From an uncultured Verrucomicrobiae bacterium (GTDB taxonomy: Bacteria > Verrucomicrobiota > Verrucomicrobiia > Limisphaerales > JAFGQR01), in contig CAWBHS010000060.1 in assembly GCA_963788655.1 (NCBI GenBank), positions 192,001-256,000 of the forward strand: a stretch of DNA of 64,000 nt. The letters run 5' to 3'. A model generated the notes under the pieces. That model searched no databases, was not told the DNA's origin, and was given only the letters and a program-made list of their open reading frames with translations. The position numbers and the translations under genes were made by a program. Shown one piece after another: positions 47,557 to 57,742 of the stretch; positions within the stretch are counted from its first letter, which is position 1; the number at the start of each line of letters is the position of its first letter.

Positions 47557-50500
47557 TTACAACACTTCTGTGCGTTGCTCGTTGGCCCGGTTGCCGAGAT
47601 TGCCGTAGCGGTGGTAGTCGATGCTGAGGCTTTGTTCCTGTACATACGCCAGCAATTCCACCCGGCCTTCCATCAATACCGGCGTGCTGACGAGGCACAG
47701 TCCCGTTTCGGCGGCGGCTTGCCGAACAACGGCGGGCACACGCTCGGGCGCGGCATAACGTAATCGTTCGGTCTGGCGATTGCGAATGATCTGGGCCAGG
47801 GCAGCGTCGGTTTCTTCGACGAATTCAATGTCTCCCGCCCATGATTCCGTGAGCACTTCGAGCAGCTTCAGCGCCGGCGGTTCGTAATTCTCCGGCAGAC
47901 TGACGATGATGCGGCAGCCCACTGTCCGGGCCGCGCACACCCGCGCGAACAGTTCGAAGGATGTATCGTCCGGATGCACGCGAATACGCAGGTAACGCAC
48001 CGGCAAGTAGCGACGAAAATTATCCTGGCCAACGAGTTTGAAGTGGTCGTGTTCCTGCCCAAATTCAACGCGATAGTTTTTGGCGTAACTGGCCGCGGCC
48101 GCCTGCACCCGTGTCACGTCCGCAGCGGAAAAGCCGGCTTCCATTGAGGCGCGAGCGCCAAACTCCTGGCAGAGTTGCGATAACTCACCATGGTTGGGCG
48201 CATCGTGAAGCTGGGGCTGCGCCGCCTCCGTGAAGTCCATGAACTGCGTGACATAATTGGGCCCGCCCGCCTTGATGCCGGGACCAAACGCTGACTTGCC
48301 CATGCCTCCGAACGGTTGGCGAAGCACGACGGCCCCGGTGGTAACGCGGTTGATATACAAGTTGCCGGCGCGAATATGCCGTTGCCAGTAATCGATTTCG
48401 CGTTCGTCCAGACTTTCCAATCCGGAGGTCAATCCGTAGCCGGTTTGGTTGACGATGGCGACGGCTTCGGTGAGCTTCTCGAAATGCATCACGCTTAGGA
48501 CCGGTCCAAAAAACTCCGTGAGGTGCGAATAGCTGCCCGGCCGCACGCCGTATTTCACGCCCGGCGACCAAAGGTTGGGATTGTCCGCGAGCATTTCCGG
48601 CATAACGGCCCATTCTTCGCCGGGTTCGAGCACTTTCAATGCGTTCTCCAAATCGCCGCTGGGCGGACGGATGAGCGGTCCCATTTTGGTCTGCAAATCC
48701 CAGGCCGAACCGACGGGAAGGCTGCGCACCGCATCCACCAGCACTCGGCGGAATTCCGGATCGTCATACACCTCGGCTTCGAGCAGGAGCAGAGAAGTGG
48801 CCGAACATTTCTGGCCACCATGGCTGAAGGCCGAGTGCAAGACGTGCTTGATGGCCAGATCATGATCGGAAATCGCCGTCACGATGGTGGCATTCTTACC
48901 GCCAGTCTCCGCGGTCAGATTCATGGCCGGATTGTCGTGGAGCATGTTGAACGCAGTCGCCGTGCCGCCGGTGAGAATCACGGCGTTGACTTTTGGGTGA
49001 TGAACCAGTTGGCGCGCGCTCCCGCTGCCGGCACAGGGAAGGAATTGCAGCACGCTCTGAGAAACTCCCGCACGCCAGAAGCATTGGCACAATTCGTACG
49101 CCACCAGCACCGTATCCGACGCGGGCTTGAGAATGACGGTGTTGCCCGCCGCGAGCGCCGCCGCCATCCCACCGCACGGAATAGCGATGGGAAAGTTCCA
49201 GGGCGGCACCACCACGACCACCCCCTTGCCGCGCGCTTCGAGGGTCGGCATCTCCTGGAACCAACGGGCGGTGTCACGATAAAACCCCAAGAAATCCACC
49301 GCTTCGGAAACTTCCGGATCCGATTCCATGAAGGTCTTGCCGCCCTCCGCCAATGCGGCGCCCAAGAGGTCGGCGCGGGCCTGGCGAATTTCCTGGGCGA
49401 CCTGGCCAAGCACCGCGAACCGTTCCCGCGCCGGCCGGCGACGCCAGCCATCTGCGTCCCGCGCGGCGCCTTCGGCGGCCTGGTTGATATCTTCGTCATT
49501 GGCGTGACGGTAACGGCCCACCACCACGCCGGGACGCGAGGGATCGTTACAATTCTGGATCGACCGCTGCTCAAAGATTTCCTCACCCGCAACGATCAAG
49601 GGCACTTCCGGCGCCTGGGGGCCGCAACGCGGTTTCCATTGGGCGATGATCTGCGCGGCCCAGTCGCTGTTTTGGGGCAGCGAAAAATCCGTGTCCGGCT
49701 CGTTGATAAAATGTTCCCAGCCCTGGGCCACGGCCGCCGTGGTGGCGGGCGGGGGCAACTGTCGGTTCTGGGTTCGACGCGGGGCGTGGGAGACCGTCGC
49801 CATTTCGTCGATGGCTTCGAGAAACCCCTGCTCCAACCGTATCCATTCCGGACTGCCGACTTTGATTTTGAACGCGTGACTGAGGAAATTCTCAGAACCC
49901 GTGTTTTCATCAAGCCGGCGAATGAGATAACCGATGGCATTGATGAAATTCTCCTTCCGGCAGGCCGGCGCGTAGAGCAGCACGTTGCGGGACAACTCGA
50001 ACAAGGCGCGCCGTTGATGATTCGCCATACCTTCGAGCATTTCAAATTGCACGCGGTCCAGGGCGTTGCCTTCCACGGCCAGCACCAAGCCGTAGCTCAA
50101 ATCAAACAGATTGTGCGAAGCCAGGCCAATATCCGCGGCGGCACGGTTTTCTGGTTTCAGGATCTCGCGCAGCATCCGTTTGTAATTCGCATCGGTCTCA
50201 CGCTTGACCTTGAACGGTGCTTGCGGCCAGCTTCGGAGCGAGGCCTCCACCCGTTCCATTTCCAGGTTGGCTCCCTTAACCAACCGCACGGTAATGCGCG
50301 CGCCGCCTGCGTGGGCCCGTTCCCGCGCCCACGCCAGGATACGCTGCAAAACGTAAAACGAATCCGGCACGTACCATTGCAAGGCGATACCGGCGCGCAC
50401 CTGCTCCAGACCCGGACGGTCCAACGTGCGCATGAAGGCTTCCGAGGTCAGAGCCATATCGCGGTATTCCTCCATGTCCAGATACACGAATTTGGGCACC

Positions 50501-51222
50501 TTCGATCCGTCGGCGCGGGTAAACTCCATGCGCGCCGCCGTGCGATACAATCGTTCCAGTCGGTCGCACAACGTGGCCACGGTATGGTCCCGGGCGAGCG
50601 GTGAGATTTGCGAATAGAGCGTGGAGATTTTGATCGACACCACCTCGATTTCCGGCCATTGCAAAGCCTGTAAATACTGTTGGAGCCGGTGCTCGGCTTC
50701 CTCCTCACCCAAGATGGCTTCGCCGAGAAAATTGACATTCATCCGCACGCCTTCCGCCGTGCGTGCCCGCAAGTGGGGCGTGAGCATGTCGCGTTCGCCC
50801 GGCAGCACCACATTGGCGGTTTCCTTCTGCATGTGCTCCTTGACCAAGGGCAACGCTACCCCCGGCGCATACCCGCCAAAAGACTGGAAGCCCTTGAGCA
50901 GCGTGCGATCCAGGGGATTGAAAAATCGTGGAATACCCTGCACATCGAGAATGTGAATCAAGTGATCGACCGCCCGATGCGGATCGCGGGCGCGAAACGC
51001 CTCGTCGGTCATTTGCACGAGGGTTGCCTTGTCCGCCGGACTGTGGATCATGCGGTCCAATTCCGCCTGCTGCCGGCGTTCCGAGGGCGTCTGGAGATCG
51101 GTGGCGCGCTCCTGCAAGCGCCGGGCGAGGAACAGCGCCCGGTTGACCGAGGGGGGATGGAGGGACGCCGAGTCCGGTCGAAATTCTTCCAACAAGCTCT
51201 GAATGTTTTTCAAGACTTGCAT
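47557..51222 (-). CDS. putA: Bifunctional proline dehydrogenase / P5C dehydrogenase
   Basis: NVNFLGEAILGE, LDMEEY, RLVKGAN, ASHNLFD, FEMLEGM, YLIRRLDEN, PPWNFP, ETGGKN, GQKCSA and EFFGP. No N-terminal DNA-binding domain is evident. Confidence 0.96.
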   Translation of the reverse strand: MQVLKNIQSLLEEFRPDSASLHPPSVNRALFLARRLQERATDLQTPSERRQQAELDRMIHSPADKATLVQMTDEAFRARDPHRAVDHLIHILDVQGIPRFFNPLDRTLLKGFQSFGGYAPGVALPLVKEHMQKETANVVLPGERDMLTPHLRARTAEGVRMNVNFLGEAILGEEEAEHRLQQYLQALQWPEIEVVSIKISTLYSQISPLARDHTVATLCDRLERLYRTAARMEFTRADGSKVPKFVYLDMEEYRDMALTSEAFMRTLDRPGLEQVRAGIALQWYVPDSFYVLQRILAWARERAHAGGARITVRLVKGANLEMERVEASLRSWPQAPFKVKRETDANYKRMLREILKPENRAAADIGLASHNLFDLSYGLVLAVEGNALDRVQFEMLEGMANHQRRALFELSRNVLLYAPACRKENFINAIGYLIRRLDENTGSENFLSHAFKIKVGSPEWIRLEQGFLEAIDEMATVSHAPRRTQNRQLPPPATTAAVAQGWEHFINEPDTDFSLPQNSDWAAQIIAQWKPRCGPQAPEVPLIVAGEEIFEQRSIQNCNDPSRPGVVVGRYRHANDEDINQAAEGAARDADGWRRRPARERFAVLGQVAQEIRQARADLLGAALAEGGKTFMESDPEVSEAVDFLGFYRDTARWFQEMPTLEARGKGVVVVVPPWNFPIAIPCGGMAAALAAGNTVILKPASDTVLVAYELCQCFWRAGVSQSVLQFLPCAGSGSARQLVHHPKVNAVILTGGTATAFNMLHDNPAMNLTAETGGKNATIVTAISDHDLAIKHVLHSAFSHGGQKCSATSLLLLEAEVYDDPEFRRVLVDAVRSLPVGSAWDLQTKMGPLIRPPSGDLENALKVLEPGEEWAVMPEMLADNPNLWSPGVKYGVRPGSYSHLTEFFGPVLSVMHFEKLTEAVAIVNQTGYGLTSGLESLDEREIDYWQRHIRAGNLYINRVTTGAVVLRQPFGGMGKSAFGPGIKAGGPNYVTQFMDFTEAAQPQLHDAPNHGELSQLCQEFGARASMEAGFSAADVTRVQAAAASYAKNYRVEFGQEHDHFKLVGQDNFRRYLPVRYLRIRVHPDDTSFELFARVCAARTVGCRIIVSLPENYEPPALKLLEVLTESWAGDIEFVEETDAALAQIIRNRQTERLRYAAPERVPAVVRQAAAETGLCLVSTPVLMEGRVELLAYVQEQSLSIDYHRYGNLGNRANEQRTEVL

Positions 51223-51399
51223 AAATTCTCGCCGGCAACATGGCAGGCATCAAACCGCCTGCCAAGTCGCGAACGAAGGAATGTTCGGGGAAGGAGGCGA
51301 CAAGGCTGGACTCAGCGGTGGCCATTCAATTGAACCCGGGAGTGTGACCACGGCGGGCGGTACCTAGGTCGAATGCCCCCCGGTCCGTATTTGTCTCAG

Positions 51400-51718
51400 C
51401 GTGCTGCCGGCATCTTGCCGGCAGTTTGGAACGGGCGCGCCGTGGTTTAGCCAGCGTACGGATCCAGACCGTGAGTCGGCTGTCCTACTTGATCGGTGTT
51501 ATTGAGGCACGGCTGTTATGGTATCGAAGGTGTCCCCCTAATTGGTTTCTGCCGGCATCTTGCCGGCAGTTTGGAACGGGCGCGCCGTGGTTTAGCCGGC
51601 GTACGGATCCAGACCGTGAGTCGGCTGTCCTACTTGATCGGTGTTATCGAGGCACGGCTGCTATGGTATCGAAGGTGTCTCCCTGATTCGTTTCTGCCGG
51701 CGGGACGCCGGCAGCACG
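51400..51718. repeat. CGTG-type REP element containing a 145-bp tandem duplication
   Basis: CTGCCGG palindrome cores start at 51404, 51549 and 51694 (period 145). The two units differ at about 6 positions. The right end is CTGCCGGCGGGACGCCGGCAGCACG. Confidence 0.92.
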
Positions 51719-51729
51719 TTGGGGCGACC

Positions 51730-51765
51730 AAAGAAGAAACCGGGAGCAGGGGCGCTCCCGGTTTC
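51730..51765 (-). terminator. Probable intrinsic terminator of the 1903-aa gene
   Basis: 12-bp perfect stem GAAACCGGGAGC / GCTCCCGGTTTC with a 6-nt loop, followed on the minus strand by TTCTTT, about 65 nt after the stop. Confidence 0.7.
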
Positions 51766-51829
51766 CCTATTCTTTCCCAATCCGTGGGCGGGTTGGCAGG
51801 CTGCGGTCAGCCGGTACTTCTGGAATTGA

Positions 51830-54800
51830 TCATCGCCAGCCCATGCAAGCGCACGGCGCGTAGGCGTCAATCACCGCTTGCGACCCGTCGATCAGCCTCT
51901 GCGCCGTCTCGTGATCGATCAGTTGCTTGGCGCTCTTGCGCTTCTTGCTCGGGCTCTTGTAGAACTCGTCGTAGTTCCGCACCTTGTCCTGGAAGGACTG
52001 CAATTGCTTCACCCCTTCCTGGCATCTGCCCTTGGCCAGTTTCTTGCACGCGTCCTTCAGGTGCTTGTTGAACGTGCTCTTGAGTTTTGCGTCGATGTTG
52101 CTCTGTTCGACCAGCAACACCAGTTCTTCCACGGCTTCGCAACCGTCGATCACGGTCACCATCGTCGTACCCGTGCTCGACGTGCCTTCACCCGCACACT
52201 CGCCGGTGCCGGGATTCCCGTCATCGACGGTCAGCGTGACTTCGTGCGTGCCCAGGGGCAGCGTGGTGCTCAGAATCGCTTCATTGCCCACCGGCAGGCC
52301 ATCGACCTGCCACACATACGTCAGCGCATTGTTCTCCGGATCGGAGCACAAGGTGGCGTCCAACACCACTTCGGCCGTCTGGTTGTCGCAAGAGAGCACG
52401 AGGTTTTCGGTTACGTCGGGCGTGATCTGGAGCAGCGGGCCCACCACGATATGGCAGACCGGGCCGTCATTGGCCGGCTGGACCTGGATGCTTACCACCG
52501 CCGGATCGGAGACACACTCGCCATCGGTCGCCGTGAAGGTGAAGCTATCCATGCCGTTGTAGTCGGCGGCGGGGGTGTAGGCCACGTTCGGCGCGGTGCC
52601 GGTCAGGGTGCCGTGAGCCGGTTGCGAAGCGATCGCAAAGCTCTGGAGGGTCGGCCCGCAGCCGTTCTCATCCGGATCGCTGCCGGTCAGGGTGATGGCC
52701 ACTGGACTGTCCTCGCAGGTGGTCACCAGTTGGGCGTCGGCCACGGGGCATTGATTGACGCCGTGGACTTCAATGGTCACGGTGCCGCGGCTGAAGCAGA
52801 TGCCGTCGTCCACGAGGAAGATGAAACTGTCCATCCCGCAATACTCAGGAGCGGCCACGTAGGTCAGGTTCGGGCTCACGCCACGCAATTGGCCGTGTGA
52901 CGGCGGCACCACCCAGAAACGCAAGTCCGCAAAGTCGCCACAGCCTTGCGCGTCCGCATCTGTGGCCACCAGAGTAATCGGCATTGCCATGCCGGCGTCC
53001 ACGATCACCGATTGATCCTCGGGCACCGGGCAATCGTTGACCGGCTCGACGGTGATGGTGAATTCCGCGGGATCAGAGGTGTCTTGTCCGCCGTTGTCGG
53101 TACCACCGTCGTCCTGCAGCATCGCGGTTACCTGAGCCACACCACACAGACCGGGCGCCGGAGTAAACGTCAGCGTTCCCGCGGGGCTGATCGTGGGTAA
53201 TTCGGCAAACAGACCTTCGTTATCCGTGCTGACAACAAACGTCACCGTTTGCTCGCTTTCGAACGGCGAACCAGGTTGGATATTTGTAGCCCAATCGATG
53301 AATTCCTGCGGACCAGCATCCTCCGGAACAGTCACATCCGATCCCGGGGTGAAGCTGGGCGGCTGATTGGGCAAAGCGATCACCGTGACGGTGGCCGGAT
53401 CACTGCGCAGCGAGCCAAAGGGATTGGTTACTTCGACGCTGTAATCGCCGGATTGGGCGAGGGTCTGCGCCACAAAACTCAGCGTGCGGCCGGTCTCGCC
53501 GGTTAGGGCGTCTTGGCCAAAGTACCACTGGTAACTGAGCGGGACGCTGCCATTGGCCAACACGCTCAGGGTCACCGACTGGCCTTGGTCCAAGGTGGTG
53601 CCGTCGGGTTGCTGAACGATAAACGGAAGCGTGCCCTCGGGCAACGAAACCGCAATCCCCCGCAGGTTGCGCACATACAATCCGGTGTAACCCACCGACG
53701 CGTTGTTCACGCGGAAGTCAATCGTGTTCAAACCGGTCACAAATCCGGCGTCGATCCGGAAGGGTGCATACACGCCAAATTGGTCAGGATTAGCCTGCCC
53801 GGTGGACACGCCGTTGATCAAGATGTCCAGGCCGTTGTTGTCCGATGACCACTCGCCCGTCACGAATGCCGTAGCCGGATCGAATCCAGTCAGGTCAATC
53901 GTCAAGCGATAGACATAATCGCCGCCGGCATCGGCAGCCCCGGCGGCCGCGGAGGTTTCGAGACGAGGACCGATCCATTTGGATTGGTCGGTATTCGGCA
54001 CCCACGGTCCGTCAACAATGGGAAACACAGTAGAATCCTCGACCAGCGGTTCAGTGGCGCTCGAGTCTGGATTCACAATCAGAACGTAGTGCGAATCCGC
54101 GGCGCCGTCCGGCAAAGCGACTCCTGAATCGTCCACGCCGGTGTTGTAAAATCCAGGGACCGCTTCCCCCACGGTTAGGATCGCCTCAGTGCTGGTCACG
54201 AAACCAGCGTAATCAATGACGCGCACGCTGTAGGGACCGGCATCCTCCGGGAACACGCCGGGAATGGTAAACGTGCTTTGATCGGCGCCGGGAATGTCGT
54301 TTCCACTGTACATCCACTGGTAGCCTAAGGGCGGGGTGCCGATGGCCTGCACGCTGAAGGTGGCCGGATCACCGGCGGCCACGTATTGATCCTGCGGTTG
54401 GCCGGTGATGCTGGGCAGTTCGCTGACGACCAGGATGGCCGGATCACTCTGCACCGAGCCGTAAGGATTGGACACTTCCACGCTGTATTCCCCGGCGAAA
54501 TCTGGAAAATCAATCAGGAAGCTGAGCGTGGGCGCCGTTTCACCGGGGATTTGATCCGGGCCATAATACCATTGATAGGATAGCGGCGCGCTGCCGTTGG
54601 CCCGCACGCTGAAGCTGGCGGTTTCCGTCACGACGACGGACATGCCAACGGGTTGGTCCACGATGAAGGGCATCGTTCCAGCAGGCAGCAAATCACCCAA
54701 GCCCATTAGATTGTCCACCCTCAAGCCGGTGTAATCGGCGGGGGGTAAATTCTCCACTTCGAAGTCGAGGGTGTTCTGTCCGGCCAGGAATCCGCTGTTG

Positions 54801-57541
54801 ATTGCGAAGGTATTCAAGGCGCCGAAGTTTCCCGCGTTGGTGATGCCCGTCGGCTGCCCATTGAGGTAAACCTGCAACCCGGGATTGTCGCAGGTCCATG
54901 CGCCCAGAATCTCCGCCGTGCTCGGATCGAAACCGGTCAGGTCAAAGGTGAGGCGATAGCGATAAACGCCGACCGCACCAATGCCGGCCGTGTTCGCTTC
55001 CGGGCCAATCCATCGGGAACCGGCGCTATTGGCCAGCCAGGCGCCGGGCAAGGTAGCGGCATCTTGCACGATGGCATCCTGCGACCCGGAATGCGGATTC
55101 ACGACCAAAACGTAGTGGGGATCAATCGCGCTGTCAGGCAGAGCCGCGCCGAAATCATCCACGCCGGTATTGAAAATCCCTGGAATCGAATTACGAACCG
55201 CGAGCTCAACCGCATCACTGGTTGCGTTACCAAAGGGATTCGAAACCACCACCGAATAGGTTCCCGCATCGTCAAGCGCCAAATTGTTCAACGTCAACGT
55301 CGGTGAGGTCGCCCCAGGAATATCAGCAGCATCCTTCTGCCATTGGTAGCTGAGCGAGGAGCTGCCTTCGGCTACGACGCTGAACGTGAAGGACTTTCCG
55401 GTTCCGGTGAGGGCACCAACCGGCTGTTGGACGATGGAAGGTGGCGAGTTCGGCAACACCGCCAAGCCGCGGAGATTTTGCACCCGCAAGCCCGTGTAGC
55501 CTACGGCGCCATTTTGGATAACGAACTCCAGCGTGTTCAGCCCGTCCTGGAAGTTGGCATTGCTGCTGTCCAATGTGAATGGGGTGAGGCTGGCATAACC
55601 ATTATTATTCACCTCTCCGGTGTCCACCCCGTTGACGCGAAGCACAGCGGTGTCATCCACCGCCGATTGCCCGGTTATGACCAGCGTGGGAATGTCAACA
55701 CCCGTAAGATCAAACGACAACTGATAGACATACTCACCTGCAAGCGCCCCCACGGTATCGGGCAACGGTCCAATCCAACGCGAACCGGCAGTGTTGGCCA
55801 ACCAAGCCCCTGGCAATGCCGCTGCGGTTTGGGCAATGGCATCGGGCGCACCTGAATCCGGATTGGCGGTCAGGGTGTAATGTTGATCGGTGGCGCCATC
55901 AGGCAGGAGGGCCTTGCTGTCATCGACGCCCGTGTCGAACAATCCGGGCACAGAAGCCCTCACCTTCAGCGCGGCGGGTTGACTGTTGGTGGAACCCGTG
56001 CCGTTGCTTACGGTGACCGTATAATTGCCGGCCTGATCGCCAAACTCGACCAGGAAACTCAGCGTGGCTTCCGTCGCACCGGGAATCTCGTTGCCGTCCA
56101 AATACCATTGATAAGCGAGCGGCGCACTGCCCACAGCCACGACGTTGAGCGTGACGGTTTCTCCCAGGCCCGCCACCTGGCTTTGCGGTTCCAAGACAAA
56201 GCTCGGGGGAGTGTCGGAGGGCAGAAAGCCCACGTTATCGATCAGGACGGTATTGTCTCCGCCCTGCGGATTGGTTTTTACAAAGGCAATTTCAAGTGAA
56301 GTTGCGTCGGCCACAAATGGATCGCTAACCACTTCGCGATAGGGATTGCTTCCCCCAACCGAGGAAACCGGATGTTCCGCCACGACAACATTACCGCCAA
56401 CCGTTACCGCGAGGGAGGGGAGGTTGCCATTGCGAGCGTTTTCGAGATAGCGAATCTGGTACGACTTCCCGATGACAAATCCATTAACCACCTGGCTCAA
56501 GACACTGTCGTCCTGAATGAAGGCAACCTGTATGCCATCCGGAATGGTGCCATTGTCGGCAAAGGGAGAACCTGAGGCCGGATTGATGCCGGCGCCACCG
56601 GCAGATGCCCAACCGGTAATAGGGGTATTATCACGAACATATCCTGGATACGCTGTAAACGTGTCCGCTTCAAAACTGTTGTTAACAATCGTCGGTAGGG
56701 GCGGTTCCGGTAACGTGGAGATTTGCAGGTTGTCGATGCGGGTATTCTCATAAGTGCCCAACTCGAGATAGAGCGAACCGCCATTGTTGTTCCAATCAAA
56801 GTCGGACGTATTCCAGACTTCCATGCCATCCACCGTGGCGATCATGGTAACCGACGTTCCATCGGCAAAGGAAGCGAAGTGATAATCGATGCGGATGTGC
56901 CGCACATCAACTGTGGAGACATCGAAGTTTCCGCCGTCAATGCCAGGGCCATTGTTGAAAACTTGGGTGGCTCCTCTGAAACGAAACAGAATGCCAATGT
57001 CGGTTTGGGCATCGTTCACTCTTACGCCTGGCTCAGCCGTCGCCTGACCACTGATGCCAGCACAAAAGGAAATCCAATTGTCGGAGGTATTGTTGCCGGG
57101 TATCCAATCGAACTCCACCCGAAAGCCGCCTGCAGCGAGAATGTCCGCGCCCAAGCCGCCCGCGGCAAAGTCGAACCAAGTGTTGACATCCGCCGCCTGA
57201 TGGAAGCGGACCCGCCCTGAGCCAGCACCTGCTTTTAAAAAATTAAGTTGTTGATCCACGATTCCATGCTGAATTTTCGAGGAACGCGTCAGAATGTCGT
57301 TGGCATAAGTCCCGGAATGCCGGCCGGCTTGATCGGACGCATCCAGACTGTTGTTGTCTGGAGCATTGAAGTTGTCGCTCCAAAGGACATCCTGAGCCGA
57401 GGCGGTCGCCAATGCTGCGAAGCAGAGCACCGCAACGAGCAACGCACTACTGGTCCTTTGTTTGATAGCCAAGCGACACATCGTCAGCCGAGTAAGAAAG
57501 GAGAAAAGGACACCTTTGGAGGATTTTTTCTGAATATGCAT
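51830..57541 (-). CDS. Large secreted/surface protein: DUF642-like domain, 5 Ig domains alternating with 3 lectin-like beta-sandwich repeats, cadherin/Big_9-like repeats, PKD-like domain and a helical (FIMAH-like) C-terminus
   Basis: Signal peptide ...ATASAQ, PxIxxQP...PLxYQW...GxYSV Ig repeats, G(L/I/F)(F/Y)xTGVDD...HYxL...WIGP three times, and YTPAADYNGMDSFTF repeats. Confidence 0.85.
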   Translation of the reverse strand: MHIQKKSSKGVLFSFLTRLTMCRLAIKQRTSSALLVAVLCFAALATASAQDVLWSDNFNAPDNNSLDASDQAGRHSGTYANDILTRSSKIQHGIVDQQLNFLKAGAGSGRVRFHQAADVNTWFDFAAGGLGADILAAGGFRVEFDWIPGNNTSDNWISFCAGISGQATAEPGVRVNDAQTDIGILFRFRGATQVFNNGPGIDGGNFDVSTVDVRHIRIDYHFASFADGTSVTMIATVDGMEVWNTSDFDWNNNGGSLYLELGTYENTRIDNLQISTLPEPPLPTIVNNSFEADTFTAYPGYVRDNTPITGWASAGGAGINPASGSPFADNGTIPDGIQVAFIQDDSVLSQVVNGFVIGKSYQIRYLENARNGNLPSLAVTVGGNVVVAEHPVSSVGGSNPYREVVSDPFVADATSLEIAFVKTNPQGGDNTVLIDNVGFLPSDTPPSFVLEPQSQVAGLGETVTLNVVAVGSAPLAYQWYLDGNEIPGATEATLSFLVEFGDQAGNYTVTVSNGTGSTNSQPAALKVRASVPGLFDTGVDDSKALLPDGATDQHYTLTANPDSGAPDAIAQTAAALPGAWLANTAGSRWIGPLPDTVGALAGEYVYQLSFDLTGVDIPTLVITGQSAVDDTAVLRVNGVDTGEVNNNGYASLTPFTLDSSNANFQDGLNTLEFVIQNGAVGYTGLRVQNLRGLAVLPNSPPSIVQQPVGALTGTGKSFTFSVVAEGSSSLSYQWQKDAADIPGATSPTLTLNNLALDDAGTYSVVVSNPFGNATSDAVELAVRNSIPGIFNTGVDDFGAALPDSAIDPHYVLVVNPHSGSQDAIVQDAATLPGAWLANSAGSRWIGPEANTAGIGAVGVYRYRLTFDLTGFDPSTAEILGAWTCDNPGLQVYLNGQPTGITNAGNFGALNTFAINSGFLAGQNTLDFEVENLPPADYTGLRVDNLMGLGDLLPAGTMPFIVDQPVGMSVVVTETASFSVRANGSAPLSYQWYYGPDQIPGETAPTLSFLIDFPDFAGEYSVEVSNPYGSVQSDPAILVVSELPSITGQPQDQYVAAGDPATFSVQAIGTPPLGYQWMYSGNDIPGADQSTFTIPGVFPEDAGPYSVRVIDYAGFVTSTEAILTVGEAVPGFYNTGVDDSGVALPDGAADSHYVLIVNPDSSATEPLVEDSTVFPIVDGPWVPNTDQSKWIGPRLETSAAAGAADAGGDYVYRLTIDLTGFDPATAFVTGEWSSDNNGLDILINGVSTGQANPDQFGVYAPFRIDAGFVTGLNTIDFRVNNASVGYTGLYVRNLRGIAVSLPEGTLPFIVQQPDGTTLDQGQSVTLSVLANGSVPLSYQWYFGQDALTGETGRTLSFVAQTLAQSGDYSVEVTNPFGSLRSDPATVTVIALPNQPPSFTPGSDVTVPEDAGPQEFIDWATNIQPGSPFESEQTVTFVVSTDNEGLFAELPTISPAGTLTFTPAPGLCGVAQVTAMLQDDGGTDNGGQDTSDPAEFTITVEPVNDCPVPEDQSVIVDAGMAMPITLVATDADAQGCGDFADLRFWVVPPSHGQLRGVSPNLTYVAAPEYCGMDSFIFLVDDGICFSRGTVTIEVHGVNQCPVADAQLVTTCEDSPVAITLTGSDPDENGCGPTLQSFAIASQPAHGTLTGTAPNVAYTPAADYNGMDSFTFTATDGECVSDPAVVSIQVQPANDGPVCHIVVGPLLQITPDVTENLVLSCDNQTAEVVLDATLCSDPENNALTYVWQVDGLPVGNEAILSTTLPLGTHEVTLTVDDGNPGTGECAGEGTSSTGTTMVTVIDGCEAVEELVLLVEQSNIDAKLKSTFNKHLKDACKKLAKGRCQEGVKQLQSFQDKVRNYDEFYKSPSKKRKSAKQLIDHETAQRLIDGSQAVIDAYAPCACMGWR

Positions 57542-57742
57542 AGCTATTCCTTAATCAAGGGTTTTATGCCCAAACTTGGGCCTATTCGCTGATTCAACTG
57601 AGATTGTGGGAGATTCAAACACATTCTCGGAGGGAAAACAAGTTGTTTTGTTGGAAAACATCGAGCTTCCGAAGGTGTAGCGGGGCTTCAGGATCGCCCG
57701 CCTAACTCGTTCCCACCGCCGTAATTAGGGCGACGGCTCCAA

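Noticed and set aside
48523..50604. 693-aa plus-strand ORF (and similar ones at 39068-40759, 20080-21579 and 25582-26661)
   Set aside because: These are antisense shadows of well-supported genes, expected from high-GC codon bias, and have no recognisable motifs.
51404..51718. CRISPR array
   Set aside because: The spacers are over 100 bp and near-identical, the repeats belong to a dispersed REP family, and there are no cas genes.
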